NCBI GenBank assembly: GCA_001595945.1 | Contig: LSSI01000015.1 | Coordinates: 1-59,889, forward strand | Direction of reading: 5' to 3' | Length of the DNA stretch: 59,889 bases | From: Thermoplasmatales archaeon SM1-50 | Lineage (GTDB): Archaea > Thermoplasmatota > E2 > DHVEG-1 | Shown here: positions 48,420-59,035 of the stretch, piece after piece | How the letters are laid out: each line of letters starts with the position of its first letter | Numbering within the stretch: position 1 is the first letter of the stretch | Position numbers and translations under genes: made by a program | Notes under the pieces: model-generated | The model's input: the letters and a program-made list of their open reading frames with translations, nothing else | Told to the model about the DNA's origin: nothing | Database searches by the model: none

Positions 48420-50096
48420 TTAGATTATTACATCCGCAAATCCTACAATGAACCAAGATAAAAAAATCATTTTGACAGTCTCTTTTACGACGGTTACATA
48501 CTCCCCTATGAAATAATGACCCCATTGAAATGGACTGATAACTAAAAAACGAAGGTTGACTGCCTCAATGCTGATATACTCACCTACGGTTGTCTTATTT
48601 GAATATCTACCAAAAATAAATGCATTCTTAACTGTATGCACGTTGAAGAGAAAAGGGTCAGACCAATTACTCTCTTGACCAAGTTCATCTTTAAGTTTTC
48701 CTTGTATCTCATAGATGCCTTTCTCAGACCAAGCATGGGATGCACAGATCATACTTTCAGAGGAATAGGGACCAAGCCACCCGCTATTTGTACCATCCCC
48801 CCAATCCCATTTGCAATAGAGGCAGTCTCCGTTAAGGTTTGTTGAATTGATACAGAACGTATAGTGAACATCGATAATCCCCCAAGCGGGACCGTTGAGT
48901 ACTGGTTGCTTTGGGGGCAGTAGCCAACCATTAGGTTCCATGAACGGATATGTATCCTGATTACTGCCCCCAGGGATAGGATATGGTATGTCTCCAATCC
49001 CATCACCATCAGAATCTTCTCCTGTGTAATCAGACCAATAATTCCCTTCGTGAAGTAATGTGTTATACCAAGTGTTCGACAAGGTGTCAAATGAATTAAG
49101 AGTATTGTGCAGAAGATTGTTATGATAGATATTATTGTTAGTCGAATCCTTGAGTCGTACGCCGTACAGGTTGTCTGCAATGGTGTTCTCATAGATGGTG
49201 TTGTTCCACCCGTTCAGCCAGATACCACACTGGTTTTCTATCATGGTGTTAGTAGAGATAATACAAGAATGAGACCTGATGATTTGGATACCGACAGTCG
49301 TATTGAAGAGAGCTTGGTTTTGTACTGTGATATTCGTGCAATCTACAAGAAGTATCTGCCCTGCATTACCAGAAAGGATAATATCAGATTGGTTATAGAC
49401 ATAGATAAGTGGTTTGCCATTGACCGTATTATTCGTTACAATATTATAAGTAAGTGAATCATCGGTAATAAATAAACCACAGTAAAGAAAGTTATTATTC
49501 GAAATAATGTTATCCCATGCATCCGTTATGAATATCCCATAGACGTTGTTGGTAACGTAGTTATCCGAGATGATATTGTTATTTCCAAGCAGATAGATTG
49601 TGTCGCAATAAATACTGTTGCACGAGATGTTATTGTGATCACCAGAAATCCGTATATTATCATTGGGAAACTCAATAATGGTGTCAAAAAAGGTGTTATA
49701 GGATGAATCTATTCTAATCCCCTCACCTATACGCCCGGTGTTTTGAATAGTAAACTTACTCATATTCACCCAATCAGAAATAATAGAAATCGTAAACGCA
49801 ACATACCCGACGATATATGTTGTATATTTATCCTCACCAATTAGGGTGAGTGATTTATTGATGTTGAGATGCCCAACATACGTCCCATTGAACACAAACA
49901 CGGTATCCCCAGCACTTGCGTTGTCAATCGCTTGCTGAATCCCCGTGTAATTCCCTGGTCCAGAACCACCAACATACAACCAATTCCCTCGTGATACCAC
50001 CTGAGATGTTGTTTCTCCCATGTGTCCAGAAATGGGAACGCTACTCGCTCCAAGCATTAAAAGAATTAATCCGATAGTAACTACTTTTGGATTCAG
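48420..50096 (-). CDS. Secreted right-handed beta-helix (NosD-like) + PKD + 'AFIFGRY' C-terminal module
   Basis: LYVGGSGPGNYTGIQQAI, GNYWSDY.G.D..GDGIGD.PY, CKWDWGDG, AFIFGRY. The signal peptide extends to a CTG at 50096 behind a GGGGG RBS. Confidence 0.88.
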   Translation of the reverse strand: MNPKVVTIGLILLMLGASSVPISGHMGETTSQVVSRGNWLYVGGSGPGNYTGIQQAIDNASAGDTVFVFNGTYVGHLNINKSLTLIGEDKYTTYIVGYVAFTISIISDWVNMSKFTIQNTGRIGEGIRIDSSYNTFFDTIIEFPNDNIRISGDHNNISCNSIYCDTIYLLGNNNIISDNYVTNNVYGIFITDAWDNIISNNNFLYCGLFITDDSLTYNIVTNNTVNGKPLIYVYNQSDIILSGNAGQILLVDCTNITVQNQALFNTTVGIQIIRSHSCIISTNTMIENQCGIWLNGWNNTIYENTIADNLYGVRLKDSTNNNIYHNNLLHNTLNSFDTLSNTWYNTLLHEGNYWSDYTGEDSDGDGIGDIPYPIPGGSNQDTYPFMEPNGWLLPPKQPVLNGPAWGIIDVHYTFCINSTNLNGDCLYCKWDWGDGTNSGWLGPYSSESMICASHAWSEKGIYEIQGKLKDELGQESNWSDPFLFNVHTVKNAFIFGRYSNKTTVGEYISIEAVNLRFLVISPFQWGHYFIGEYVTVVKETVKMIFLSWFIVGFADVII

Positions 50097-50337
50097 GTAA
50101 TATCCCCCTATTTATTATGTTATTATCATACCCCTTATAAGGATACATCCTCTGAAACAAACAGCTATACCCTTTGTTGTGAACCGTTTTTTTATATAAA
50201 AAATCAAAAGAAAAAATGCATTAAACTCTATGTAATCAATAAAAAACCAGAGGTCCCCCAATCTAGATATTCTTTCATTTTGAAACAATCAGATAATTCA
50301 CACAGAGCTGAGAGATTTTTTCATCATCCCATAATTA

Positions 50338-50658
50338 CTAGGTTTTAAAGACTGGCCATAGAGACTCATCATCCCACGCAATTACGATGGCTTGATGTGC
50401 AACATCATAGATGAATCCCAGATACATCTCATTAGCGGAGAACATGTTGATGATATCCTCTTTAACAGACCAAAATTTATCCTTGTTACAGACGTTATTT
50501 CTACTCAGGACATCCATAAAGAAGAGCAATTCGTCACTAGACAACCCTTTTCATTTCTATTATATTACTGCACGTTTTTTTTCGATGCTTATCATCTGAT
50601 ATATGAACAAATAAAGGTCACGTTCAATACTTCCGCTATGGAGTATGTATATATGCAT
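50338..50658 (-). pseudogene. Small gene interrupted by clustered stops
   Basis: From ATG 50658 with an RBS: MHIYILHSGSIERDLYLFIYQMISIEKKRAVI**K*KGLSSDELLFFMDVL..., all in one frame. Confidence 0.45.
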
Positions 50659-50850
50659 ATGCACCTACCCACCTGTATTTATAAATGGTAACGAGAATGA
50701 TATCGTGGAGGCAGAATAAGGTATGGTAACCTATGTTAAAATAGCCGACAACGGGCAACTGTTACAGATTTGGGAGGAAAACATAATAGATATTAGGCAG
50801 TAATAAACGTTAAAAAAAAAAAAAGATAATAAAATTTGGTGGTGAGGAGA

Positions 50851-51111
50851 ATGGTTTTTGATATACAGATGATTCTAGATTATTTCATCCCTGATTCCTT
50901 AGGTGATTTTGGAGCAATGTTATTCTGGGTCCTCCTTATCTTACTTGTAAGTATGATTGTCGTTGATATACGTCTCTTTGTTCGTTATAATAAATCACCA
51001 AAAATAAAAGAAAAAATGACACAACAGAATCAAAACACAGAAGAACCATTACCAGATATTGTTGAAGTGAGAAACAAAGTCGATAAATTATTTAAAATAA
51101 ACAAAATGTAA
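50851..51111 (+). CDS. Small single-TM membrane protein
   Basis: GGTGAGGAG RBS and one hydrophobic helix. Confidence 0.7.
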   Translation: MVFDIQMILDYFIPDSLGDFGAMLFWVLLILLVSMIVVDIRLFVRYNKSPKIKEKMTQQNQNTEEPLPDIVEVRNKVDKLFKINKM

Positions 51112-51120
51112 ACAGTATTT

Positions 51121-51170
51121 TATTTCCAGTAAAAACCATCATTTGTTTTTTCTTAGAAATGTTAGCAATG
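51121..51170 (-). repeat. Dispersed degenerate relic, copy D
   Basis: Minus strand ATGATGGTTTTTACTGG, reading ..TNDGFYWK, similar to copies A and B. Confidence 0.3.
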
Positions 51171-51246
51171 AAAAAAATGATGCAGGGTATCAAAGCACAA
51201 ATGTCGACATCAACATCTAAAATAAAAAATGGAAAAAAGATAATTC

Positions 51247-51774
51247 TTATATCACGATGATGACTGGTTGAAATATGAATTCATAGACTCCTTTTTGCAT
51301 GACTGATTCATTGACATCGAAATCCAATGTCAAGGTCGTCGTTTCACTTGTAGTCAATTCGAATTGTTTAACCAGTTTAATCGACTCTGTGGGTAGTCTA
51401 CACATATATTCTGTTCCATTAACCGTAATCACACACGAATCGATGTTAAGCCGTATTTGTGTGTAAATACCGATATCAAGTTCTGCACGGCCAAGAAATT
51501 CCTTGACATCCATTATCTCGATAAGATCAAAGGTCTGAGATTCGTTGACAACAGTGAACCAGTACGCCGTTGTGTTATTTACACCCTCAACATTCTTATG
51601 AACCTGAACATGGGAGATTGTCACATTCGCATGAGTAATGTTTAAATCACCGAAAGCATCAGTAATTTGAAGAACCAATACGCCGGTCTCATTTTTCATA
51701 CAGCCGCTAAAAATTGTTACAATGACTACTGCTGCTATGATACCAACAAAGCAGATTTTCTTCATTTTTTTCAT
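51247..51774 (-). CDS. DUF4382-domain putative lipoprotein
   Basis: Lipobox-like IFSGC, LQITDA, FDLIEI, GIYTQIRL, LTLDFDVNES. Paralog of 45093-45755. Confidence 0.85.
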   Translation of the reverse strand: MKKMKKICFVGIIAAVVIVTIFSGCMKNETGVLVLQITDAFGDLNITHANVTISHVQVHKNVEGVNNTTAYWFTVVNESQTFDLIEIMDVKEFLGRAELDIGIYTQIRLNIDSCVITVNGTEYMCRLPTESIKLVKQFELTTSETTTLTLDFDVNESVMQKGVYEFIFQPVIIVI

Positions 51775-51923
51775 CTCCGACAGAACATTTCTAACAGTAT
51801 TCTTTATCGATTTTATTGCTTAAATATCTTGTTGGAAATTCATCGAATATGATGGCGTGGCATTAAAAAAAGATTTTTTGAATATCTTTGGTTCTTTGTA
51901 TCATTCCAATCTTGTGAAAATAT

Positions 51924-51958
51924 AAAAAAAATTCGAGACCCTAATGCCGATGGGTCTC
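51924..51958 (-). terminator. Hairpin plus U-tract terminator after 52051-52635
   Basis: GAGACCC/GGGTCTC 7-bp stem, then a T-run on the minus strand. Confidence 0.55.
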
Positions 51959-52050
51959 AAGAGCGAAGAGGAGAATATAAAATGGTTTTCCTTCTTATCT
52001 TAAGACAACTTCGTCTCTCATACTGATTGCGTCTAAGTAAATGGCAATCA

Positions 52051-52635
52051 TTACGGCTGATTGTGTTGGTGTCCGTATCGCCAGCGCCAGTGATGCTGCG
52101 CTGCCCAGATCGGCTGTCCAGGCTCACGGTAGACTTCACCGTTGATGGTAAAGACGCTCATCCAGTCTTGTGCTTGGTAGTGTCCTTCGACGGTAACTGT
52201 GGTGTTGACCAGACCAAAAAGTTCATCTATCACGAGTTCAAGTTCTCCATCCAAATCGTAATCTACTGCTGATAAGGCCGAAGTAATATACCAAGTTGGA
52301 CCGAAATGAAGTTCAACAGATTCGATATAGAAATTTGTTCCATCATAGGTCATCACACCAGTAAGTTCTGAAAGATTCGCGCCGCCTTGGCATATCCCAA
52401 GCATATCTCGTATCCGATACATCAGCCGTTGCATAATACCATCGCCATTTGGTATTGGTTGGTATTGGTTCTGGTTTTTGGTCTGCAGCATACGGCCATT
52501 CTCGTTGGACATTGATTGACACTGGTTTCTTTCACCGTGGTTTTGATAGTTTCCGGCTTGATTTCCCGCAGCTGCAACAACACCTGAGAAAAGGAGGAGG
52601 GCTGCGATTGCGATAATTACTATTTTCCCTTTCAT
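52051..52635 (-). CDS. Secreted hypothetical protein with Q/N-rich linker
   Basis: Signal peptide, NQAGNYQNHGERNQ...QNQNQYQ, LHFGPTWY...DYDLDG. Confidence 0.8.
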   Translation of the reverse strand: MKGKIVIIAIAALLLFSGVVAAAGNQAGNYQNHGERNQCQSMSNENGRMLQTKNQNQYQPIPNGDGIMQRLMYRIRDMLGICQGGANLSELTGVMTYDGTNFYIESVELHFGPTWYITSALSAVDYDLDGELELVIDELFGLVNTTVTVEGHYQAQDWMSVFTINGEVYREPGQPIWAAQHHWRWRYGHQHNQP

Positions 52636-52886
52636 GTTTTCACACCTTTATTTATTCTTACGCTGAGATATTTACTTATGTTATATATGATTTTACCAGA
52701 ATCACACCAGAATTTCACCCATATCTTGACATACCTTTCATATGTATCGGCACCGTAGATGCAATATCAAAGGATATGAAATAATAGGTGGAAAATTTGT
52801 TAATCAAACTAAAATAACAAAAATTATAAAGATTGTTTTTTAAGAATAAAGGAGGTACGAAAAGATATCAGGAGGAGACTGGTTAG

Positions 52887-53190
52887 AAGAAAGAAAAATT
52901 AGGGAAATATACGGTAGAGTTTGACCGAAATCTACCACAGATAGGTTTTTAAGGTGGGAAAGTCATCGCAGAACACCTAGCGTTAGGATGAATTTTTATT
53001 GGACTACCATTTTTTATCATTGGATTATATGGTCTTTTTACTATGTTATTTATATGGCTCTAGATTTCCTCAATATTCAGTAAAAATTATTGTAGTAGTC
53101 GTCTCTCTACTGATTTTGGCTATTGGTGTTGGGTTGTTATTGCTTATTGGTGGATTTTTTATCTATAGTACTAAACATGTTTATTTTTAA
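52887..53190 (+). pseudogene. Decayed paralog of 9596-9880
   Basis: IGF*GGKVIAEHLALG*IFIGLPFFIIGLYGLFTMLF, a frameshift, then ...GLLLLIGGFFIYSTKH. It aligns to VQGGKIIGEHLSLGCFIMGIPFFVIGLYALINMLF...GLLLIIAGYSIYSAKH. Confidence 0.8.
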
Positions 53191-53344
53191 AAGAGGTCAA
53201 AATTGATAACTTTGAACCGAACAAGGATAACTTATAAATATTGGACAATATACTAATAATCATCTAAATTTTTTTATTTTTGTATAAGAAAATAGAAAAA
53301 AATCTTATGTAGTATGATACCAGTATCCTTTATGAGGTAACACC

Positions 53345-53635
53345 ATGGGAAAAAAAATATTTGGTCTATTGGTAGTTGGGCTGGTGGTCGCACTGGTTAT
53401 CCCAGTTGGAAGCTGTGATTCGGATTTTGATTCGGAATTATCCGCAATCGGAGTGATTCGAATCGACACAGTGAACTCTGAAATAAAAGGATTCGTTCTT
53501 TTTGGGGATAATGACGGTGAGACTCTACAATTTACATTCATCGCCATAAAATTCGATAATGGAAGAATGCCTGAAGTGTTAGACAGCAAGATGCCGCTTC
53601 TTATACATCACATCAACTACAATCCCTTAAAGTAA
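53345..53635 (+). CDS. Small secreted hypothetical protein
   Basis: GAGGT RBS and signal peptide MGKKIFGLLVVGLVVALVIPVGSC. Confidence 0.75.
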   Translation: MGKKIFGLLVVGLVVALVIPVGSCDSDFDSELSAIGVIRIDTVNSEIKGFVLFGDNDGETLQFTFIAIKFDNGRMPEVLDSKMPLLIHHINYNPLK

Positions 53636-53820
53636 AACCACCATTACTCTTTTTTATTTTTTTTGTTTCTTTCATTCGTCCCAAATTAGGTCTTAGATTT
53701 AAAAAAAATCCTTTCAATATCTTCTTTCTCTTTTTTTCCATATTATCGTAACAATACATTTAAATGGAATGACATCATAATAATTCATAAGAAAGGTAAG
53801 TTGTTGGGGGTCATAAGAGT

Positions 53821-54246
53821 ATGAGAACAAAGTTATTAAAGATAGGCCTAGTGTGTGGAATACTTTTTGTATTGCTTGGAACCCCAGCTGTGGCAAGCCT
53901 TATTCAAATCGAACCAAAGCCTGCGAACACTATCTCTATTAGTGGGACCATCTATGGTCTTCCACTCGATGGCACAGGACCAGTCCCCGTCGAAGGCGCC
54001 CAGGTGTCACTCATAGGTGGAAAACTTATTGGTGGTGTCACGTTTGCCTTTGAGAAAAGCGCACCTACCAATGAAGAGGGGTACTACTCATTTTCTGACA
54101 TCCCCATTGGAGTTTTTTTCATCTTAGCCCGTAAACCAGGGGATTACCTCGGAAGCTTCCGATTTGTACGATTGACACCATCCCAGCCGATAAAACAAAA
54201 CCAGGACATCAGCATGATTCGACTCGGTGGAGGTAACACTACCTAA
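53821..54246 (+). CDS. Secreted carboxypeptidase-regulatory-like (transthyretin-like) domain protein
   Basis: ISGTIYG...PVEGAQVSL...TNEEGYYSFSDIPIG...ARKPG. Confidence 0.8.
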   Translation: MRTKLLKIGLVCGILFVLLGTPAVASLIQIEPKPANTISISGTIYGLPLDGTGPVPVEGAQVSLIGGKLIGGVTFAFEKSAPTNEEGYYSFSDIPIGVFFILARKPGDYLGSFRFVRLTPSQPIKQNQDISMIRLGGGNTT

Positions 54247-54468
54247 TACCTGTTTAAAAGAGCACTACACTATCTGATTCTGACTGACAAAAAAGAAAGA
54301 CATTCAATCTTTAAAAACTACCCAAAACATAAGATCCTATCATTCACACAAAAAAAAACTTTACGCCTAAAAAACCTACTCAATGTTATTGTTTTTAGAT
54401 TATTCATCGTTTCCAAACATTTATAACAGATAACAATATAATAATAGTGTCTAACCTATTTTCAAACA

Positions 54469-55275
54469 GTGGAGAACCACATTATGCATAAGTGTTTGTT
54501 GACTAAAGGAATACCCCTAGGGGTACTATTAATGCTTATCACAACGAGTGGTGTCCCACAAATCATAGGAACAAACGTCCAATGCGCTGATGAGAAAAAT
54601 ATCGTTATGGGTGATTCTAACAGAACCACTCTCGATGCAAAATACGATTCACCAAATCACCATATTATAGCAGCGAACTTCAATTACTTTATACCACCTT
54701 ATAATTCAAGTGGTGGTGGGAAAGACCATGGAGGATCAGGGTTAGGATCGCACCATGACGCAGAATGGGATGCAAACCATCGTTTTGGTGAGTTATTTAC
54801 AAAGGCAGAATCATGCGCAGAAGGTCTAGACACCATGGCATACGCACAGTCACAGGCCTGGATCACTGGACCAGCAGAAGGCACGTTGAAAACAGAAAAA
54901 TCAGGTAACCAAATCATGGTGATGTTCTTTCTATTAAACGGGGCTGCTTCTACCACAACAGAAGGAACATTCACAGAAGCAGAATCCCAGATGAATCTTA
55001 GTGGATCTCTGATTGATCTTGACACCAATGAAACAGTGGGGTCATTGACAAGAACCTTATACCGAGGACTCTCTGAACATAAACGATGGTTGCTTAAATT
55101 ATGTATTCTTATATTTCCAGTGACTCTTTCAACAAATCATTCGTATTATTTCAAAGCACAACTTTCTATACAACATAATGCAAACTCCGACAAACTCTTT
55201 GGATCCGCTGATGCCCATTCAAGCCTAAACGCCATCCTTTTCTTCGTCTTACTGATCGAATCACAAACTGCATAA
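54469..55275 (+). CDS. Secreted hypothetical protein
   Basis: 268 aa with a signal peptide and beta-rich S/T/G composition. Confidence 0.75.
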   Translation: MENHIMHKCLLTKGIPLGVLLMLITTSGVPQIIGTNVQCADEKNIVMGDSNRTTLDAKYDSPNHHIIAANFNYFIPPYNSSGGGKDHGGSGLGSHHDAEWDANHRFGELFTKAESCAEGLDTMAYAQSQAWITGPAEGTLKTEKSGNQIMVMFFLLNGAASTTTEGTFTEAESQMNLSGSLIDLDTNETVGSLTRTLYRGLSEHKRWLLKLCILIFPVTLSTNHSYYFKAQLSIQHNANSDKLFGSADAHSSLNAILFFVLLIESQTA

Positions 55276-55578
55276 ACTATCTCAGAAAAACAGTAAATGC
55301 TAAAAAAAAAATGTGTATCAGTAACCGTTGTTTTAATTTTTATTTTTTCCAAATATTTAAATGAACAAAAGTGATAACAACTCTTAAAAAAATTTATGGG
55401 AAACTGAAAGACACATCTGAAGAAATTAGGGAAAAGAAAAAAACAATATAATAAGAAAATCGAAGAATAAAAATAAGATTTATAGCTTCCACTCCCAACT
55501 TTCTTAATTTCAAAAAAAATAGAAAATAAAACAAAGGATGAAACGTAAATAATTGAAAGAAATTAGAGGAAAAGAATA

Positions 55579-58500
55579 ATGACAAGAAAATATTTTTCTA
55601 AGAAACTTGTAAGTTTTTTATTAACCACTTTTGTTCTTACATTAACATTTCAAGCACTTTTTGGGATACACAATTGTAGTGGTAGCGAAAATAACACTGA
55701 AAAAGCTAAAACAACACAACCTCCTACCAATGATACATCCTTTGGTATCATAGTTCCATTAATCTACGGAGATGCTCTCCCATATACAAGCATACAACAA
55801 AGTATAGCAAATATGATTAATGATTTGTTACGAATAGACATTCCTGTTTTTTGGGCATCATTGAATTTTTCAGCGGTAACTAGGACACTTTCAAATAACA
55901 CAACCAAAACAAGGTTTTTTGAACGAGGGGCATATATTATTCCTTTTACAGAGAACCAGTCGATAAACGCACTAATAATATCTATTGCTACCGATTATGA
56001 ACTAAGCAGCGAAATCGAAACATTCCGTCCAGTAAAGATGTATTATGTCATGCAGCCTTTATCATTATCGGTTTATCCATTGCAATATGCAACATGTGCA
56101 ATGCGGGCTGGATTAAACTGTGGATATGCTTTAATCTATCTTTATTCGGATATTTTATACTCCTCAGGTTTCCTAGATATCTACTATCTTTCTGATGATG
56201 AACTACCCAACAGATTAAACACCAGAGCCTTTAATGTTGTGATCTGGCCAGGAGGCATACCCCCAGATTTGATCAGTGTTGTAAAAGCTGCAAATCTAAA
56301 AATTTGTAAAGCCATCAGAACATTCGTCAATGATGGGGGAGGATACGTAGGAACCTGTTACGGAGCGACGTCATCAACATCTGGTCTACTCGTACCATTC
56401 AATTTCATTCAAAATTTTAAAAGAAACCTCCCCACCATAGGAACACTCTCGTTAACCTCCTGTAGTGCCCTATTAATGGATTGTGCAGCGACAATTTCAA
56501 TTCAGATAGAAAATCATGATCATACTATCTCGTTCGGATTGGAAAAAATCCAAGAATCGTTTCATATCGGAGGTCCTGTATTTTTAGGAACTCGCCTCAG
56601 CCAAAATACACAAGTAGTGGGTGTTCTGAAAGATTTGAATGTCGCTTGGTGGATGAATAGCAGAATCGAAAAAAAATCACCGGAAGAAATAGATAAATAC
56701 CTCTCGATACGACTAGGCAAACCAATCTGGATTTCATCATATTTCGGAAAAGGAAAAGTCGTTGATTTTGGCTATCATCCAGAAATCCATTTTCCGAATA
56801 GACAGGACAGAGTCATTGATAATGCGTTTTTTTACATCACCTCAGAGGACAACACCACTATACATCTTTCCAATTCAATGTTTATAACCGAGATTATTGC
56901 CCGTTCGATGAGTACATGCAACATCACACTTCCAACCCATGAGAAAAATTTCAACAAAATATGGAACATTACGACTTCTGTGAATAATACGGGAAAAAAG
57001 ATCGATGAGACTATAAAAAACATAACAATGCAGGTATTTACAATCAGAGAAAAATGGAAGAACCACGAAGAAGTCCCCTTAGGTCTGCATGATTACGCTA
57101 ACTATCAACACACGTTACAAGTCTTTATAAAATCTTTAACCACCCTTGAAAGAGTACATAATCTTTCAAAGAACAATACAAACCTCTCCGAAATGGTATC
57201 TCTATGGAGAAACAAAACAACCTTCTCTCTCTCAATTCTCGCAAGTTCTTTTATAAGCTTATATGAAAATAGCACGATGATTTTTAGTAAATTAAAGAAT
57301 TACGTTGGCACCCCAGCGGAAAGATCACAATTACTCACCATGATGAACAATCTTGAGATACGCTATCGGAATGCTGATAACCTCCTTAACCAGCTTTGGT
57401 CATCAACCATTGCCCTCTACAGAAAAATCTGGTACATCTATGAAAGCAAACAACCAATATGTCTTATTACCAATGACAAAACATCTGAATTGCCATCCCA
57501 AGAAAAACATGGACAGATCTCTCCTATCAATACCCAGACAAGCACCCATGTTCTCTATGTCGATGATGATGCATTCATCGGTGGAAACGGAAGTATAAAT
57601 TATCCCTATCAACGCATACAGGATGCGATTGATGCCTCCACTAATGGTGATTGCATATATGTTTATGATGGAGTGTACTATGAAAACCTCTTCATTGGAA
57701 AAAGTATACGGCTCATCGGTGAAGACAAAACCAGCACAATCATCGATGGACAGAAACGACCATACCATCATATATGGATAACAAAACCAAATGTTGAAAT
57801 AACCAGGTTTACAATCCAGAACTCCTCAGATAAGGAATGCGGGCTTTGTCTATATTCTTCCAATAACACCATCAGAGACAATATTTTTAAAAATAATGGC
57901 ATCGGATTAGGATTATACCCACTGGCATCAAACAATATAATCTCAGAAAATCTCTTCTCACACAATGTTCTTTTTGGCACCGGTATTGATACAGTTACCC
58001 AAAGAAACAATCACATAGAAAATAACAATTTCCACGACAACACAATCGGGCTTTATATTGTAAATACCAAGAGCATTATTAGGAATAATAGTTTTATTAA
58101 CGATGGGTTCTATCTTGCTCCATCAACAGAACCTTTGATCATCGATCTAAGCGATAATACCGTGAACGGTAAGCCTCTAATTTGTTATAAAAATATTAAT
58201 AATTTTACCATCACCGATGCAGGAGCCATCATCATATCCAACTGCAGCTATGGAATAATCGACAATATTACTCTCTTACATACAGATACAAGTATTGCCA
58301 TTCTCACCTCCTCTAATATAACAATATCAGATTGTGAGATTGCCTATGGGGTTGTCGGGGTTTCTGCCTGGTCATCAAAGGACATTACAATAGCCCATAA
58401 TCATATCTATAACAAAAGCTGGCTAGCTTTGTGGTTGTCTAAATCGGAAAAAAACCACATTCATCATAATATTTTTACCTGGAACGATGGTGCCATATCC

Positions 58501-58797
58501 TTAGATACCTCAACAGATAATACAATCAAAAATAACGCTATTACCGATACCACGGTAGGGATATTTTGCTGGTCGTCAAGCATAGCCAATCAAATGTATG
58601 AAAATAATTTTATACATAACCATAAAAACGCGTTTGATAACGGTCGAAATCAATGGGATGCAAATTATTGGGATGACTGGAGAGGGCTGCAGTGCAAGCT
58701 ATTGAAAAATCTACCGTATCATGTCAAAGGTCGATTTCTTCATAATTTTGACCGACATCCCGCACAAGAACCATATATAATTTCTAGTATATCCTAA
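55579..58797 (+). CDS. Large secreted protein: class I GATase-like (BPL_N-like) domain + helical linker + beta-helix
   Basis: VVIWPGG, GGGYVGTCYGA, FGYHPE, then LYVDDD..GNGS..YPYQRIQDAID and many N-rich beta-helix repeats. Confidence 0.85.
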   Translation: MTRKYFSKKLVSFLLTTFVLTLTFQALFGIHNCSGSENNTEKAKTTQPPTNDTSFGIIVPLIYGDALPYTSIQQSIANMINDLLRIDIPVFWASLNFSAVTRTLSNNTTKTRFFERGAYIIPFTENQSINALIISIATDYELSSEIETFRPVKMYYVMQPLSLSVYPLQYATCAMRAGLNCGYALIYLYSDILYSSGFLDIYYLSDDELPNRLNTRAFNVVIWPGGIPPDLISVVKAANLKICKAIRTFVNDGGGYVGTCYGATSSTSGLLVPFNFIQNFKRNLPTIGTLSLTSCSALLMDCAATISIQIENHDHTISFGLEKIQESFHIGGPVFLGTRLSQNTQVVGVLKDLNVAWWMNSRIEKKSPEEIDKYLSIRLGKPIWISSYFGKGKVVDFGYHPEIHFPNRQDRVIDNAFFYITSEDNTTIHLSNSMFITEIIARSMSTCNITLPTHEKNFNKIWNITTSVNNTGKKIDETIKNITMQVFTIREKWKNHEEVPLGLHDYANYQHTLQVFIKSLTTLERVHNLSKNNTNLSEMVSLWRNKTTFSLSILASSFISLYENSTMIFSKLKNYVGTPAERSQLLTMMNNLEIRYRNADNLLNQLWSSTIALYRKIWYIYESKQPICLITNDKTSELPSQEKHGQISPINTQTSTHVLYVDDDAFIGGNGSINYPYQRIQDAIDASTNGDCIYVYDGVYYENLFIGKSIRLIGEDKTSTIIDGQKRPYHHIWITKPNVEITRFTIQNSSDKECGLCLYSSNNTIRDNIFKNNGIGLGLYPLASNNIISENLFSHNVLFGTGIDTVTQRNNHIENNNFHDNTIGLYIVNTKSIIRNNSFINDGFYLAPSTEPLIIDLSDNTVNGKPLICYKNINNFTITDAGAIIISNCSYGIIDNITLLHTDTSIAILTSSNITISDCEIAYGVVGVSAWSSKDITIAHNHIYNKSWLALWLSKSEKNHIHHNIFTWNDGAISLDTSTDNTIKNNAITDTTVGIFCWSSSIANQMYENNFIHNHKNAFDNGRNQWDANYWDDWRGLQCKLLKNLPYHVKGRFLHNFDRHPAQEPYIISSIS

Positions 58798-59035
58798 CAA
58801 AAATAGAAAATTAAAACAGAAATAACCTATCAGATTAAAAATAATGGATAATAATACATCCCATCATAAAAAACCATAATTCCTAAAAAAAGATCCCTCC
58901 CCTCTATAATTGGACTTATACGCGTTGGTTTTTTAAAGAAAAAAAACATTTCTCATTCATCTGTCGTAAAAATATAATTTTCAAAAACTTTTTAAAGCTA
59001 AATGTTGTTAATATAAAAATAGGAGGTTTTATCAA

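Noticed and set aside
37022-53190. In-frame TAG/TGA codons as pyrrolysine/selenocysteine or alternative-code readthrough
   Set aside because: They co-occur with TAA stops and frameshifts in the same relics, and intact genes terminate with all three stop codons.
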